Assembly (NCBI GenBank): GCA_023898465.1
Contig: CP060223.1
Coordinates: 64,001 to 128,000, forward strand
Direction: 5' to 3'
Origin: Candidatus Nomurabacteria bacterium
GTDB taxonomy: Bacteria; Patescibacteriota; Patescibacteriia; HK-STAS-PATE-3
Length of the DNA stretch: 64,000 nt
Each line of letters opens with the position of its first letter. Positions within the stretch are counted from its first letter, which is position 1. Shown piece by piece: positions 11,901-22,100 of the stretch. A program made the position numbers and the translations under genes. The notes under the pieces are model-generated. The model was given only the letters and a program-made list of their open reading frames with translations, was not told the DNA's origin and made no database searches.

Positions 11901-12268
11901 GCTTCACTGAACCCCCAGAACTCATTGGTTCCCCAGGGGTTGAAGCCTACATCCAGTCGGCGACTATTGAATGGTTAACAGATCGTGAGGCGAATTCATT
12001 TGTTGAATTCGGAGTAGCGTCTGACACTTTGGACCGAATTATGGGACAGGACGATTTCGTTTCCTCGCATACAGTACAATTATTGGATCTAGAGCCTGCC
12101 ACAACATATTATTATCGAACCAAGCATACTGATCAGGATAGCAATACTGGTTACTCTACAATTTTGTCATTTTCAACGGCGGACGCCCTCTGCTCCAACA
12201 AATTTGACCGTGAGCCCAGAAAGCAACACACGCAATTCATTTACTTTTTCATGGGATGCGCCAAGTGA
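8999..12268 (+). CDS. giant surface protein paralog 2, N-terminal part (basic tail + TM anchor, DUF2341-like, Laminin_G_3-like head, FN3 array); frameshifted near 12185
   Basis: An ATG overlaps the upstream stop (cTGATGg). Both the DUF2341 motif (...DEVRFGDSDGAVLDFHFEKFD...IAWVEVP...IYLYYGH) and the LamG_3 motif (VWHM..TSG..DST..N...GTWYYFAYTYDG..GRLYVNGV) are present. From ~10290 the sequence is near-identical at nt level to 5280-7200, 15470-17400 and 21300-22700. Confidence 0.7.
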   Translation: MARTMKHWHRGAKKRPAHPATRTSYRRKYRQQVGISIAVFSLFLLTISSFIQAAAPEATYVEVTSDADWNMGTLSDVTVNSGSIEISGDGGANWIAESGWQLRQKITFDASTLTTSLSYFPIMVHIDNTNTDFWAGAASRDEVRFGDSDGAVLDFHFEKFDHTADDAIAWVEVPTLTNDSSDHIYLYYGHASPANGEDEAGTYDNDGNFVGVWHMAETSGTSYDSTSNNVDLTPRNAPTQDETGKVNGGDGFTGNGDALHNQTSSIVFGNSITLEGWFKRTGSGTGSGRILEFSLDGDADSHALAVDSDGSLRAWVQCTTGRVGSADDPTVYGTGTWYYFAYTYDGSIGRLYVNGVQKKTASGSCANLDDAGDTILGAISDQSGAYSLPQHEFDGYLDEHRASDVARSADWIKAAYLSETDTLISTWGSEESALQSPGTYTSHNLDLQYIYQWGDCASGCNDSSTAFTTNITVPSNTSVQFELRHSADGSTNWSSWTSLATYTSSGTKTLTRGEMVTLVGDIFNRYVQTRITLSSSDGSSNPSIADYRYDYTRETDPPSNPNTQNGYASNGGAAITSGNWYNHPAPYFTWSGASDTDAGMSGGYSGYWVCFGTSSCEPTSGTFVSSAAYTAGSLTTNTTYYLRIKARDAAGNVATSAYDAFTYKYDATPPANPSGILPDPAGFTNVNDFDFTWNTGSDAGGSGIAEYCYKTGEDGYVETCTASTSVTGITAYQEGANIFYVRSKDIAGNLPTFYTQVSYYYSANAPSPPQGLAVDPTENTANSFTFTWLAPASYSNPIATYHYSVNALPTASNTTATTNLSVGPGAFATQQGTNIFYVVAKDTAGNVEWDSYAAVEFTANTTAPGIPTGVTLTDSSIRAQNKYSLTLTWDAPENEGSGIDHYVIDRSTTIGCSDGSGTWVQHATTTAEGYFDPNLSNTTTYCYRVKAADNAGAQSATSSIVSMRPEGRFTEPPELIGSPGVEAYIQSATIEWLTDREANSFVEFGVASDTLDRIMGQDDFVSSHTVQLLDLEPATTYYYRTKHTDQDSNTGYSTILSFSTADALCSNKFDREPRKQHTQFIYFFMGCAK

Positions 12269-12279
12269 TGAAGGAGTAG

Positions 12280-13563
12280 ATGCAGGGATATTTCTACAGT
12301 ATTAATGACGTGCCAACTAGTACAAACACTTCCTTCACTACGCAAACTGAATTAGGTCCAGGTGCATATGCTAGCCGGCAGGGTGAAAATGTGTTTTATG
12401 TAGTAGCGATCGATGATGCAAATAATATTAATTATAGTAATTACGCAAGTATTTCATTTAGTGCTGAAACCCCCGCTCCTGCCATCCCCACCGGCCTCAT
12501 CATTACCGATGCCTCGAACCGAGAAACTGAAGACTACTCTATTGCCTTGAAGTGGAAAGCAGTGACCACTGAACAAGCCGGTAGCCTGGAAGATGATGCG
12601 GTGACCTACGAGATTCTCCGTTCCACTGATGGAGACAGCTTCTCCACCGTGGCCAACATTACCTCGACTGGCTACCTGGATGTCGATCTCGACAATACGA
12701 CGGAGTATTACTACCAAGTGAAAGCCAAAGACTCCGCCGGCGCTGCTTCAGCTCCTTCGACCACCGTCTCAGATATCCCTGAGGGGAGATATACCACTCC
12801 ACCGGAGATTACCAAAGCCCCCCACGTTACTCCTTCCAGCTTCTCAGCCAAGGTAGAGTGGAGTACTGACCGTGATGCTGATTCCCACGTAGAATATGGC
12901 AGCACCTCAGATCTCACTGAAGAGCAAGGGACGATTGATGAAACTGATGAACATAGCATCCAACTCGAAGGACTCCAACCAGAAACGACCTATTACTACC
13001 GCATTCGTTCACGTGACCAAGATGGCAATGTAGCCCTCTCGAGCATCACTACCTTTACTACCTTGGAGGCACCGAGGGTGTCAAACGTAAAGATAAGCGA
13101 CATTCGTTTATTTGATGCTTTTCTTACTTGGGATACGAATGTTGCTTTAACTACTGAACTTGAGTATGGCATTTCTACAAATTACGGAACCATTGTGAGT
13201 GATGCCACAGCCTCAAGAACAACCAGCCACACGGTAAGACTGCAAAACCTCACTGATGGTACACTTTACCACTTACGTTTACGAGGAACAGATAGTGAAG
13301 GAAACTTACTTTTGTCCGACGACTACACCTTCACCACCCTGACCTTCCCCCGGGTCGAGAACATCACCTGGGCTAATCAAGCCGAAGGCGAGACCGAAGT
13401 GCAATGGACTACGAATGTCCCCACCACCTCCCAAGTGGAATATTACAACGAAACGACTCCAGCCAAGACCCAAGGTAATACGGTCCTGACCACGGAACAC
13501 TCCGTCCTCTCCTCTTTGGCCTCGACGATGCCACCATTTACCAATTCAAGTCCGAGGTACTGA
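12280..13563 (+). CDS. paralog 2 middle fragment (FN3 repeats) after frameshifts
   Basis: It translates as QGYFYSINDVPTSTNTSF..., collinear with the other copies. The 11990-12480 stretch is a diverged, more AT-rich variant of the shared module with two frame changes. Confidence 0.6.
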   Translation: MQGYFYSINDVPTSTNTSFTTQTELGPGAYASRQGENVFYVVAIDDANNINYSNYASISFSAETPAPAIPTGLIITDASNRETEDYSIALKWKAVTTEQAGSLEDDAVTYEILRSTDGDSFSTVANITSTGYLDVDLDNTTEYYYQVKAKDSAGAASAPSTTVSDIPEGRYTTPPEITKAPHVTPSSFSAKVEWSTDRDADSHVEYGSTSDLTEEQGTIDETDEHSIQLEGLQPETTYYYRIRSRDQDGNVALSSITTFTTLEAPRVSNVKISDIRLFDAFLTWDTNVALTTELEYGISTNYGTIVSDATASRTTSHTVRLQNLTDGTLYHLRLRGTDSEGNLLLSDDYTFTTLTFPRVENITWANQAEGETEVQWTTNVPTTSQVEYYNETTPAKTQGNTVLTTEHSVLSSLASTMPPFTNSSPRY

Positions 13564-13632
13564 CCAATTTGGCTACGAAGCCATCTCAGATGAGCAAGAG
13601 TTCCGTACCCTGGAAGATACTACCCCTCAGTC

Positions 13633-13998
13633 GTGAGTAATGTGCAGGTAGAGTCCAATACCATTGGCTCAGGTGAGCTCTCTCGTGTGCAGATCATTGT
13701 CCGCTGGACCACCAATGAGCCTACCTCTTCCCAAGTCCGCTTTGGTGAAGGAAATAGCCTTTCCTCTGAATCAGATGTGAACCCAGAGTTAGTCTATGAT
13801 CACCTCCTTGTCGTCTCAGACCTAGAACCAGCGAGAACCTACAATATTCAGGCTATTGCCGTTGACAAAGCAGGGAATAGTACTGACTCTGATACCTACC
13901 GAGTGCTTACCACCCGTCGGAGAGATTCCTTCCTCCAACTGGTCATTGGCAACCTGGAAGACACCTTTGCCTGGTTTACCAATATTGGGGGGTTGTAG
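13633..13998 (+). CDS. paralog 2 C-terminal fragment (FN3 + conserved tail)
   Basis: It follows a 2-nt insertion (ctcTCctc) and single-C deletions at 13500-13630 relative to 8500-8640. It ends in the conserved tail ...DSFLQLVIGNLEDTFAWFTNIGGL. Confidence 0.6.
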   Translation: MSNVQVESNTIGSGELSRVQIIVRWTTNEPTSSQVRFGEGNSLSSESDVNPELVYDHLLVVSDLEPARTYNIQAIAVDKAGNSTDSDTYRVLTTRRRDSFLQLVIGNLEDTFAWFTNIGGL

Positions 13999-14036
13999 CA
14001 TAGAGAAAGTTGAAGAAGTTTTAGGAATTTCCTGAT

Positions 14037-14065
14037 TTGACTAAATCAAGGAAAAATTTTACAAT
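14037..14065 (+). promoter_or_regulatory. sigma70-like promoter for paralog 3 (TTGACT-N17-TACAAT)
   Basis: The sequence is ttgact aaatcaaggaaaaattt tacaat. It lies 50 nt upstream of the TTG start context at 14112. Confidence 0.45.
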
Positions 14066-14423
14066 ATAACAACAAAAAATAATTTTAATTTGCGAAATTA
14101 AGGATTTTGGCTTGAAGATTAGCCAAAAAATTTTTTTCGGGGAAGAGAAAAAGAGCCAAGGCTCAAATATCTCAAGCACGAAAAAAACAAGACTTCAAAG
14201 CTATCTAACTGGTAGCATGCTTCATAGAAAAGAAAAAAACCAGGCAACTCTGCGCGTGGTTTTTTTGTGCTGACAAAAAAATATCGCCTGCAGTCAGTCA
14301 TCTCGGTAATGCTTGCCATTACTTTAGGTTTCGGCATTTTTTGCAGTTTAATGCAATTGCCGCTCCACCAGAAGCCACTTACATTGAAGTAACTTCAGAC
14401 GCAGACTGGAACATGGGCACCTT

Positions 14424-17400
14424 TTGAGCGATGTTACAGTGAATAGCGGGAGTATTGAGATCTCCGGAGATGGGGGAGCGAACTGGATAGCAGAGTCTGG
14501 CTGGCAATTCAGACAGCAATTGACCTTTGATGCATCTTCATTAAGTGCTCCAGTCGCCAATATGCCGATTATGGTGCATATCAGTGCATCCAACACTGAC
14601 TACTGGGGCGAAGTGACCTCAAGAGATGAAACCCGTTTCGGCGATAGCGATGGTACGGCTTTAGACTTTCATTTTGAGAAATTTGATGATGCCAATGATG
14701 ATGCGATTGCCTGGGTAGAAGTGCCTCAGGTTGATAATGCTGATACCGACTCCATCTATCTTTACTATGGAAATGATGCGGCAACGAATGGTGAAGATGG
14801 GGCGGGCACCTATGATAATGATGGGAATTTTCAGGGTGTATGGCACATGAATAATGCAACCAGCACCACAATCAGCGATAGTACTGGACATGGTTATACC
14901 GGTACAAAGGGTGCGAGCACGGCTGCCCCAACTCAGGTCAACGGACAAATTGGTTATGCACAATCTTTCGACGGCGGTGACTATATTGATTTTGGCAACG
15001 TTCTTAATCCAGGAAGTAATGATTGGACTGTAGAAATTTGGTTTAAAACAACTTCAAATGGGAGTCCTAGTTCACGAATTCTCTATAATAAAGAGAATTT
15101 GTACGAGGCTGCGGCAGCCGGAAGTTCTTACCACGACTACGCCTGGCAGCCGCACTGGGCTTGGGATGGAGGAACTGCTTTTTCCGTTACAAATAATGTT
15201 TGGCATTTGTCTGGGACGACATACGATAAGTCCAAGCAACGTTTATATAAGAATGGTGTCCTTGTGTACAACCGGGACCAGGGTGGCGTCATGGGGACAA
15301 CCACTTCACGCTTACAATTTGGCGCCCGAGGAGATACTGGGCACTCATCTTTTTATATTGGAGAGATTGATGAAGTGCGCATGTCGAGTACGGCTCGGAG
15401 CGCAGACTGGTTAGCCTTAGCGCATCTCTCCGAAACCGACACCCTCATCTCGACCTGGGGAAGTGAAGAATCCGCCCTCCAATCACCTGGCACTTACACC
15501 TCCCACAACCTTGATCTCCAGTATATCTACCAATGGGGAGACTGTGCCTCTGGCTGTAATGACTCTTCCACTGCCTTCACTACCAACATCACGGTTCCCA
15601 GTAACACCTCAGTTCAGTTTGAACTCCGCCATTCAGCTGACGGCTCCACCAACTGGTCATCATGGACATCCCTGGCCACCTACACCTCCTCTGGTACCAA
15701 AACGCTCACCCGAGGAGAGATGGTCACCCTCGTAGGCGATATCTTCAATCGTTATGTCCAAACCAGAATTACCCTCAGCTCCTCAGATGGCAGTAGTAAT
15801 CCTTCCATCGCTGACTACCGCTACGACTACACCAGAGAAACTGATCCGCCCAGTAATCCCAACACCCAGAATGGCTATGCCTCGAATGGAGGAGCAGCCA
15901 TTACTTCAGGTAATTGGTACAACCATCCAGCTCCCTACTTCACCTGGAGTGGCGCCAGTGATACTGATGCTGGTATGTCCGGAGGCTACTCCGGCTACTG
16001 GGTCTGCTTTGGCACCTCATCCTGTGAACCTACCTCTGGTACCTTTGTGTCTTCCGCTGCCTACACGGCTGGGAGTCTCACTACCAATACGACCTACTAC
16101 CTCCGCATCAAAGCGAGAGATGCTGCCGGCAATGTGGCCACCTCAGCCTACGATGCCTTTACCTACAAATACGACGCCACCCCACCAGCCAATCCCTCTG
16201 GTATCCTGCCTGATCCGGCTGGCTTTACCAATGTGAATGACTTTGACTTCACCTGGAATACCGGCTCCGATGCGGGTGGCTCTGGTATTGCTGAATACTG
16301 CTACAAGACCGGAGAAGACGGCTATGTCGAAACCTGTACCGCCTCCACCTCAGTCACGGGTATTACTGCCTACCAAGAAGGAGCCAATATCTTTTACGTG
16401 AGAAGTAAAGATATCGCTGGCAACCTTCCCACCTTCTACACTCAGGTGTCCTACTACTACTCGGCCAATGCCCCTTCACCACCCCAGGGACTTGCGGTTG
16501 ATCCTACCGAGAACACGGCGAACTCCTTTACCTTTACCTGGCTACTTCCCGCCTCCTACTCCAACCCGATTGCCACCTACCACTACTCGGTGAATGCCTT
16601 ACCCACGGCAAGTAACACGACCGCAACGACCAACCTCAGTGTCGGTCCTGGTGCCTTTGCCACCCAACAAGGCACGAACATCTTCTATGTCGTCGCCAAA
16701 GACACGGCTGGCAACGTGGAATGGGACTCCTACGCTGCAGTTGAGTTCACTGCCAATACCACTGCTCCAGGTATTCCAACTGGTGTGACCCTGACCGACT
16801 CATCCATTCGGGCCCAGAACAAGTATTCCCTCACCCTCACCTGGGATGCTCCAGAGAACGAAGGCTCAGGTATTGATCACTACGTCATTGACCGCTCAAC
16901 CACTATCGGCTGCAGTGATGGTTCAGGTACCTGGGTCCAGCATGCCACCACCACCGCTGAAGGCTACTTTGATCCGAATCTTTCCAATACCACCACCTAC
17001 TGCTACCGCGTGAAGGCAGCCGACAATGCCGGAGCCCAATCCGCCACCTCCTCTATTGTCTCCATGCGTCCAGAAGGCCGCTTCACTGAACCCCCAGAAC
17101 TCATTGGTTCCCCAGGGGTTGAAGCCTACATCCAGTCGGCCACCGTCGAGTGGCTGACTGATCGCGAAGGCAGCTCCTTTGTGGAGTTTGGCACGTCCTC
17201 AGATACTCTTGATCGTGTCATGGGCCAAGATGACTTTGTGACCAGTCACAGCGTCACCCTCCTCGACCTTGATCCGGCTACTACCTACTACTATCGTACG
17301 AAATACACTGACCAAGACAGTAATACCGGCTATTCTTCAGTCCTCTCCTTTACCACTGCTGATGCACCGTCAGCTCCGACCAACCTCAGTGTGGACCCAG

Positions 17401-17597
17401 AGAGTAATACCCAGAAACTCCTTTACCTTTGCCTGGGATCCCCCAGTGATGCTGGAGTCACTATTCAAGGCTACTTCTACAGTGTGAATGATGTCCCCCA
17501 CCAGTACGAATACCTCCCTTCACTGCTCAGCAAGAGCTTGGCCCTGGCGCATATGCCACGAGACAAGGGAGAACGTCTTCTACCTTGTCGCTATTGA
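14424..17597 (+). CDS. giant surface protein paralog 3, main fragment (DUF2341-like, LamG_3-like head, FN3 array); N-terminal leader 14112-14424 disrupted, frame lost near 17413-17520
   Basis: Upstream, 14112 carries the same TTG-AAG-ATT-AGC-CAA start context as gene 1 but is broken at A/T homopolymers, and a tt insertion at ~14425 (ggcaccttTTgagcg) cuts the frame. The body contains DUF2341 and LamG_3 motifs. Its shared module is near-identical to paralogs 1, 2 and 4. Confidence 0.7.
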   Translation: MSDVTVNSGSIEISGDGGANWIAESGWQFRQQLTFDASSLSAPVANMPIMVHISASNTDYWGEVTSRDETRFGDSDGTALDFHFEKFDDANDDAIAWVEVPQVDNADTDSIYLYYGNDAATNGEDGAGTYDNDGNFQGVWHMNNATSTTISDSTGHGYTGTKGASTAAPTQVNGQIGYAQSFDGGDYIDFGNVLNPGSNDWTVEIWFKTTSNGSPSSRILYNKENLYEAAAAGSSYHDYAWQPHWAWDGGTAFSVTNNVWHLSGTTYDKSKQRLYKNGVLVYNRDQGGVMGTTTSRLQFGARGDTGHSSFYIGEIDEVRMSSTARSADWLALAHLSETDTLISTWGSEESALQSPGTYTSHNLDLQYIYQWGDCASGCNDSSTAFTTNITVPSNTSVQFELRHSADGSTNWSSWTSLATYTSSGTKTLTRGEMVTLVGDIFNRYVQTRITLSSSDGSSNPSIADYRYDYTRETDPPSNPNTQNGYASNGGAAITSGNWYNHPAPYFTWSGASDTDAGMSGGYSGYWVCFGTSSCEPTSGTFVSSAAYTAGSLTTNTTYYLRIKARDAAGNVATSAYDAFTYKYDATPPANPSGILPDPAGFTNVNDFDFTWNTGSDAGGSGIAEYCYKTGEDGYVETCTASTSVTGITAYQEGANIFYVRSKDIAGNLPTFYTQVSYYYSANAPSPPQGLAVDPTENTANSFTFTWLLPASYSNPIATYHYSVNALPTASNTTATTNLSVGPGAFATQQGTNIFYVVAKDTAGNVEWDSYAAVEFTANTTAPGIPTGVTLTDSSIRAQNKYSLTLTWDAPENEGSGIDHYVIDRSTTIGCSDGSGTWVQHATTTAEGYFDPNLSNTTTYCYRVKAADNAGAQSATSSIVSMRPEGRFTEPPELIGSPGVEAYIQSATVEWLTDREGSSFVEFGTSSDTLDRVMGQDDFVTSHSVTLLDLDPATTYYYRTKYTDQDSNTGYSSVLSFTTADAPSAPTNLSVDPESNTQKLLYLCLGSPSDAGVTIQGYFYSVNDVPHQYEYLPSLLSKSLALAHMPRDKGERLLPCRY

Positions 17598-18051
17598 TGA
17601 AGCGAACAATGTGAACTACGACAACTATGCTGCAGTCGCTTTCACTGCCACGACCCCTGCTCCTGCCATCCCCACCGGCCTCATCATTACCGATGCCTCG
17701 AACCGAGAAACTGAAGACTACTCTATTGCCTTGAAGTGGAAAGCAGTGACCACTGAACAAGCCGGTAGCCTGGAAGATGATGCGGTGACCTACGAGATTC
17801 TCCGTTCCACTGATGGAGACAGCTTCTCCACCGTGGCCAACATTACCTCGACTGGCTACCTGGATGTCGATCTCGACAATACGACGGAGTATTACTACCA
17901 AGTGAAAGCCAAAGACTCCGCCGGCGCTGCTTCAGCTCCTTCGACCACCGTCTCAGATATCCCTGAGGGAGATATACCACTCCACCGGAGATTACCAAAG
18001 CCCCCACGTTACTCCTTCCAGCTTCTCAGCCAAGGTAGAGTGGAGTACTGA
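17488..18051 (+). CDS. paralog 3 fragment (FN3 repeat) between frameshifts
   Basis: The portion from ~17570 on reads ENVFYLVAIDEANNVNYDNYAAVAFTATTPAPAIPTGLIITD..., collinear with the other copies. It is flanked by homopolymer indels (acccAgaaac, C6->C5, C insertions at 17495-17520, loss of g at ~17970). Confidence 0.5.
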   Translation: MMSPTSTNTSLHCSARAWPWRICHETRENVFYLVAIDEANNVNYDNYAAVAFTATTPAPAIPTGLIITDASNRETEDYSIALKWKAVTTEQAGSLEDDAVTYEILRSTDGDSFSTVANITSTGYLDVDLDNTTEYYYQVKAKDSAGAASAPSTTVSDIPEGDIPLHRRLPKPPRYSFQLLSQGRVEY

Positions 18052-18244
18052 CCGTGATGCTGATTCCCACGTAGAATATGGCAGCACCTCAGATCTCACT
18101 GAAGAGCAAGGGACGATTGATGAAACTGATGAACATAGCATCCAACTCGAAGGACTCCAACCAGAAACGACCTATTACTACCGTATTCGTTCACGTGACC
18201 AAGATGGCAATGTAGCCCTCTCGAGCATCACTACCTTTACTACC

Positions 18245-19180
18245 TTGGAGGCACCGAGGGTGTCGGATGTGGTCATTTCTGATATCAAACTTTACGATGC
18301 GCTTATTGCGTGGAAAACAAACAAGGCAACAACAACGGTTTTGGAATATGGTACGACTGAGCAATACGGCCAAAGTCTCGCAGATACTTCTGGGTCCCTT
18401 ACCACGAACCATATTGTGAAGCTTGATAGCTTAACCGATGATACACTGTATCATTTCCGTCCTACTGGTTTCGACGAGAGCGGGAATGCTCCAGAGAGTA
18501 GCGACTACACCTTCACCACCCTGACCTTCCCCCGGGTCGAGAACATCACCTGGGCTAATCAAGCCGAAGGCGAGACCGAAGTGCAATGGACTACCAATGT
18601 CCCCACCACCTCCCAAGTGGAATACTACAACGAAACTACTCCAGCCAAGACCCAAGGTAATACGGTCCTGACCACGGAACACTCCGTCCTTCTCTTTGGC
18701 CTCGACGATGCCACCATTTACCAATTCCAAGTCCGAGGCACTGACCAATTTGGCTACGAAGCCATCTCAGATGAGCAAGAGTTCCGTACCCTGGAAGATA
18801 CTACCCCCCCAGTCGTGAGTAATGTGCAGGTAGAGTCCAATACCATTGGCTCAGGTGAGCTCTCTCGTGTGCAGATCATTGTCCGCTGGACCACCAATGA
18901 GCCTACCTCTTCCCAAGTCCGCTTTGGTGAAGGAAATAACCTTTCCTCTGAATCAGATGTGAACCCAGAGTTAGTCTATGATCACCTCCTTGTCGTCTCA
19001 GACCTAGAACCAGCGAGAACCTACAATATTCAGGCTATTGCCGTTGACAAAGCAGGGAATAGTACTGACTCTGATACCTACCGAGTGCTTACCACCCGTC
19101 GGAGAGATTCCTTCCTCCAACTGGTCATTGGCAACCTGGAAGACACCTTTGCCTGGTTTACCAATATTGGGGGGTTGTGA
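18245..19180 (+). CDS. paralog 3 C-terminal fragment (FN3 repeats + conserved tail)
   Basis: The collinear in-frame region starts at about 18010 (after the stop ending ORF 17488..18051) and ends in ...RRRDSFLQLVIGNLEDTFAWFTNIGGL. Its stop overlaps the next start (gTGATGa). Confidence 0.6.
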   Translation: MEAPRVSDVVISDIKLYDALIAWKTNKATTTVLEYGTTEQYGQSLADTSGSLTTNHIVKLDSLTDDTLYHFRPTGFDESGNAPESSDYTFTTLTFPRVENITWANQAEGETEVQWTTNVPTTSQVEYYNETTPAKTQGNTVLTTEHSVLLFGLDDATIYQFQVRGTDQFGYEAISDEQEFRTLEDTTPPVVSNVQVESNTIGSGELSRVQIIVRWTTNEPTSSQVRFGEGNNLSSESDVNPELVYDHLLVVSDLEPARTYNIQAIAVDKAGNSTDSDTYRVLTTRRRDSFLQLVIGNLEDTFAWFTNIGGL

Positions 19181-22100
19181 TGAGTCGACGGATGCGACAT
19201 TTTAGCGTAGGACATAAAGGATTAACTCCGAGAGTAAGTCGGAAAAACTCACGTCATTCAAAATTATCACGATATAAGTCAAGATATCACGTTCAAGTTA
19301 TTCTCACCTTGACGGTTCTTGTTTTTGCTTCAGTGTTTGGGGTAGCTATTCCATACCTACAAGCGGTTCCAACAAATAATACCGAGACCTTTACGCTGAG
19401 TAGCGATTTTAGTGGAGGGGTATTAACTGATGTTGATGTGAGTAATGACGAAATTAAACTGTCTGGAGGAGCGGAAAATTGGTGGGACGCAAACTATCAA
19501 TATCGTCGACAACTTACGGTTACAAATGATTCTGCTGGAACTGCTGAAGTAGGCACAACAGCTACCATCAGCATTGATACTTCGGCGCTTGAGACAGCAG
19601 GGAAGTTGCGTTCAGATCGTAATGACTGGCGAGTAGTATATTGGAACGGCTCGAGTAATGAAGAGCTTGATCGTGTCTACGAAAGTACTAGTTCGACTGT
19701 TTTTGCTATTCAGGCCACTATCGCGGGAAGTGGTGGATCAAGTAGTGATTATTATGTGTACTACGGGTACTCAAGTGAGTCCTCAACTCCGCCAAGTACG
19801 GTGGGTAACGTAAAGACGGTACTCAGCATGCATACAACCGCTAACCAAGTTTTAACAAGTGGAGTTACAAACCTTGGTATTGCTACTGACGGTGACTACG
19901 TTTACATGTCAAATGGGTCTCAGTTATCAAAACTTAACCTTGATGGGTCATTAGTTGGCACTAAGACAGTGAGTATTGGTGGTGCAAATAGAGGACTCGG
20001 TTTTGCTGATGGACGGGTTATTGGTCGAGACTTAAGTAATAATCTTTATGCGTATGACTGGGATAGCTCAACATTATCTCCATTGAGTATTCCAGGTGGA
20101 CATCCACTTTTATCAGGTCAATCCTGGATGAATCATAATCTTGTGACTGATTCGAGCGATCGGATTGGTACCGTGCAGTATGCATCTGGCGGTATGATTC
20201 TGCGTCGCTACACTATTAGTGGTAACACGCTCACTTGGTTAGATGATATCACCCTAGGTGGAACCTATCACTCAGTAGATAATCATGGCTTTACTATGAG
20301 CAACGACTATCTCGTAATGGTGAGTTATAGTGATGGATGGCGACGATGGAGCTTGCCTGATGGTACAGAGGAAGTTGACTTTGGGAATTTTGGCGGGACT
20401 GGTACAAATACTGAAACTCACCCTAGTGGGATGTCGAATCCAACTTTTATTGATTATAACTGGAAGACCGGGGAAATATATCTTGGTGACTATAGTTCAG
20501 CTGAGTATTTTCGATATGCTAATGAAGCTTTAGTTACTTCTCCTACTTTATCTGTTACTGATGGAGGTGAAGTTGGATCACTTACTCCTATTGGTACCTT
20601 TGCTTCAAATCAAACTGATACAGGGGATGACGCATTTATAAATCTTGCTCGCATCTTTGCCTGGGGGAGTGGTGGCGGTGATAGTGATACAGCATTTACC
20701 GCAAACGTAACGATGAGCGATCCTTCTCATTCGACACTTAGCTTTGAGCTACGTAGTGCTTCATCTATTGCTAATCTAGCGTCAGCAACATATTACTCAC
20801 TTGGCTCGCCAACGAGCTCTGGTGCATATACGCTGACCAAAGGACAGATGGATGCTTTAAATAGTGGAAGCGGGGTTTTACCCTCCAGTGTGAATAAGTA
20901 TTTTCAGTTACGCATTTCATTTACCTCAAGTGATGGCTTAGCCAACCCTTCAGTGCAGGATTTTGCTTTTCATTATCAGGAAGACAACGACGCCCCATCA
21001 CCACCATCGCCGGTTAACGGAGCTGGGTATGATGAAGAGGGTGGAGATGTCATCTCTCAAACTACCTGGTATAACTACCCAACTCCATACTTTACTTGGG
21101 ATGATGCCATAGATGGAGATTCTAGTATTGATGGGTATTATGTTTGCTTTGGAACTAGCAGTTGCGATCCAAGCGCTGGTTCCTATGTGACTACTGCAGA
21201 GTATACTGCAGTGTCGTTAACAAGCAATCAAAAGTATTCTTTACGAGTGAAGGCTCGTGACACTGCTGGGAATGTTTCTGCAACCTTCTCGGTATTTGAA
21301 TATTGGTACGACGCCACCCCACCAGCCAATCCCTCTGGTATCCTGCCTGATCCGGCTGGCTTTACCAATGTGAATGACTTTGACTTCACCTGGAATACCG
21401 GCTCCGATGCGGGTGGCTCTGGTATTGCTGAATACTGCTACAAGACCGGAGAAGATGGCTATGTCGAAACCTGTACCGCCTCCACCTCAGTCACGGGTAT
21501 TACTGCCTACCAAGAAGGAGCCAATATCTTTTACGTGAGAAGTAAAGATATCGCTGGCAACCTCCCCACCTTCTACACCCAGGTCTCTTACTACTACTCT
21601 GCCAATGCGCCTTCACCACCGCAAGGACTCGAGGTGGACCCCACAGAGAACACGGCCAACTCCTTTACCTTTACCTGGCTACTTCCCGCCTCCTACTCCA
21701 ATCCGATTGCCACCTACCATTACTCGGTAAATGCCTTACCCACGGCAAGTAACACGACCGCAACGACCAACCTCAGTGTCGGTCCTGGTGCCTTTGCCAC
21801 CCAACAAGGCACGAACATCTTCTATGTCGTCGCCAAAGACACGGCTGGCAACGTGGAATGGGACTCCTACGCTGCAGTTGAGTTCACCGCCAATACCACT
21901 GCTCCAGGTATTCCAACTGGTGTGACCCTGACAGACTCATCCATTCGGGCCCAGAACAAGTATTCCCTCACCCTCACCTGGGATGCTCCAGAGAACGAAG
22001 GCTCAGGTATTGATCACTACGTCATTGACCGCTCAACCACTATCGGCTGCAGTGATGGTTCAGGTACCTGGGTCCAGCATGCCACCACCACCGCTGAAGG

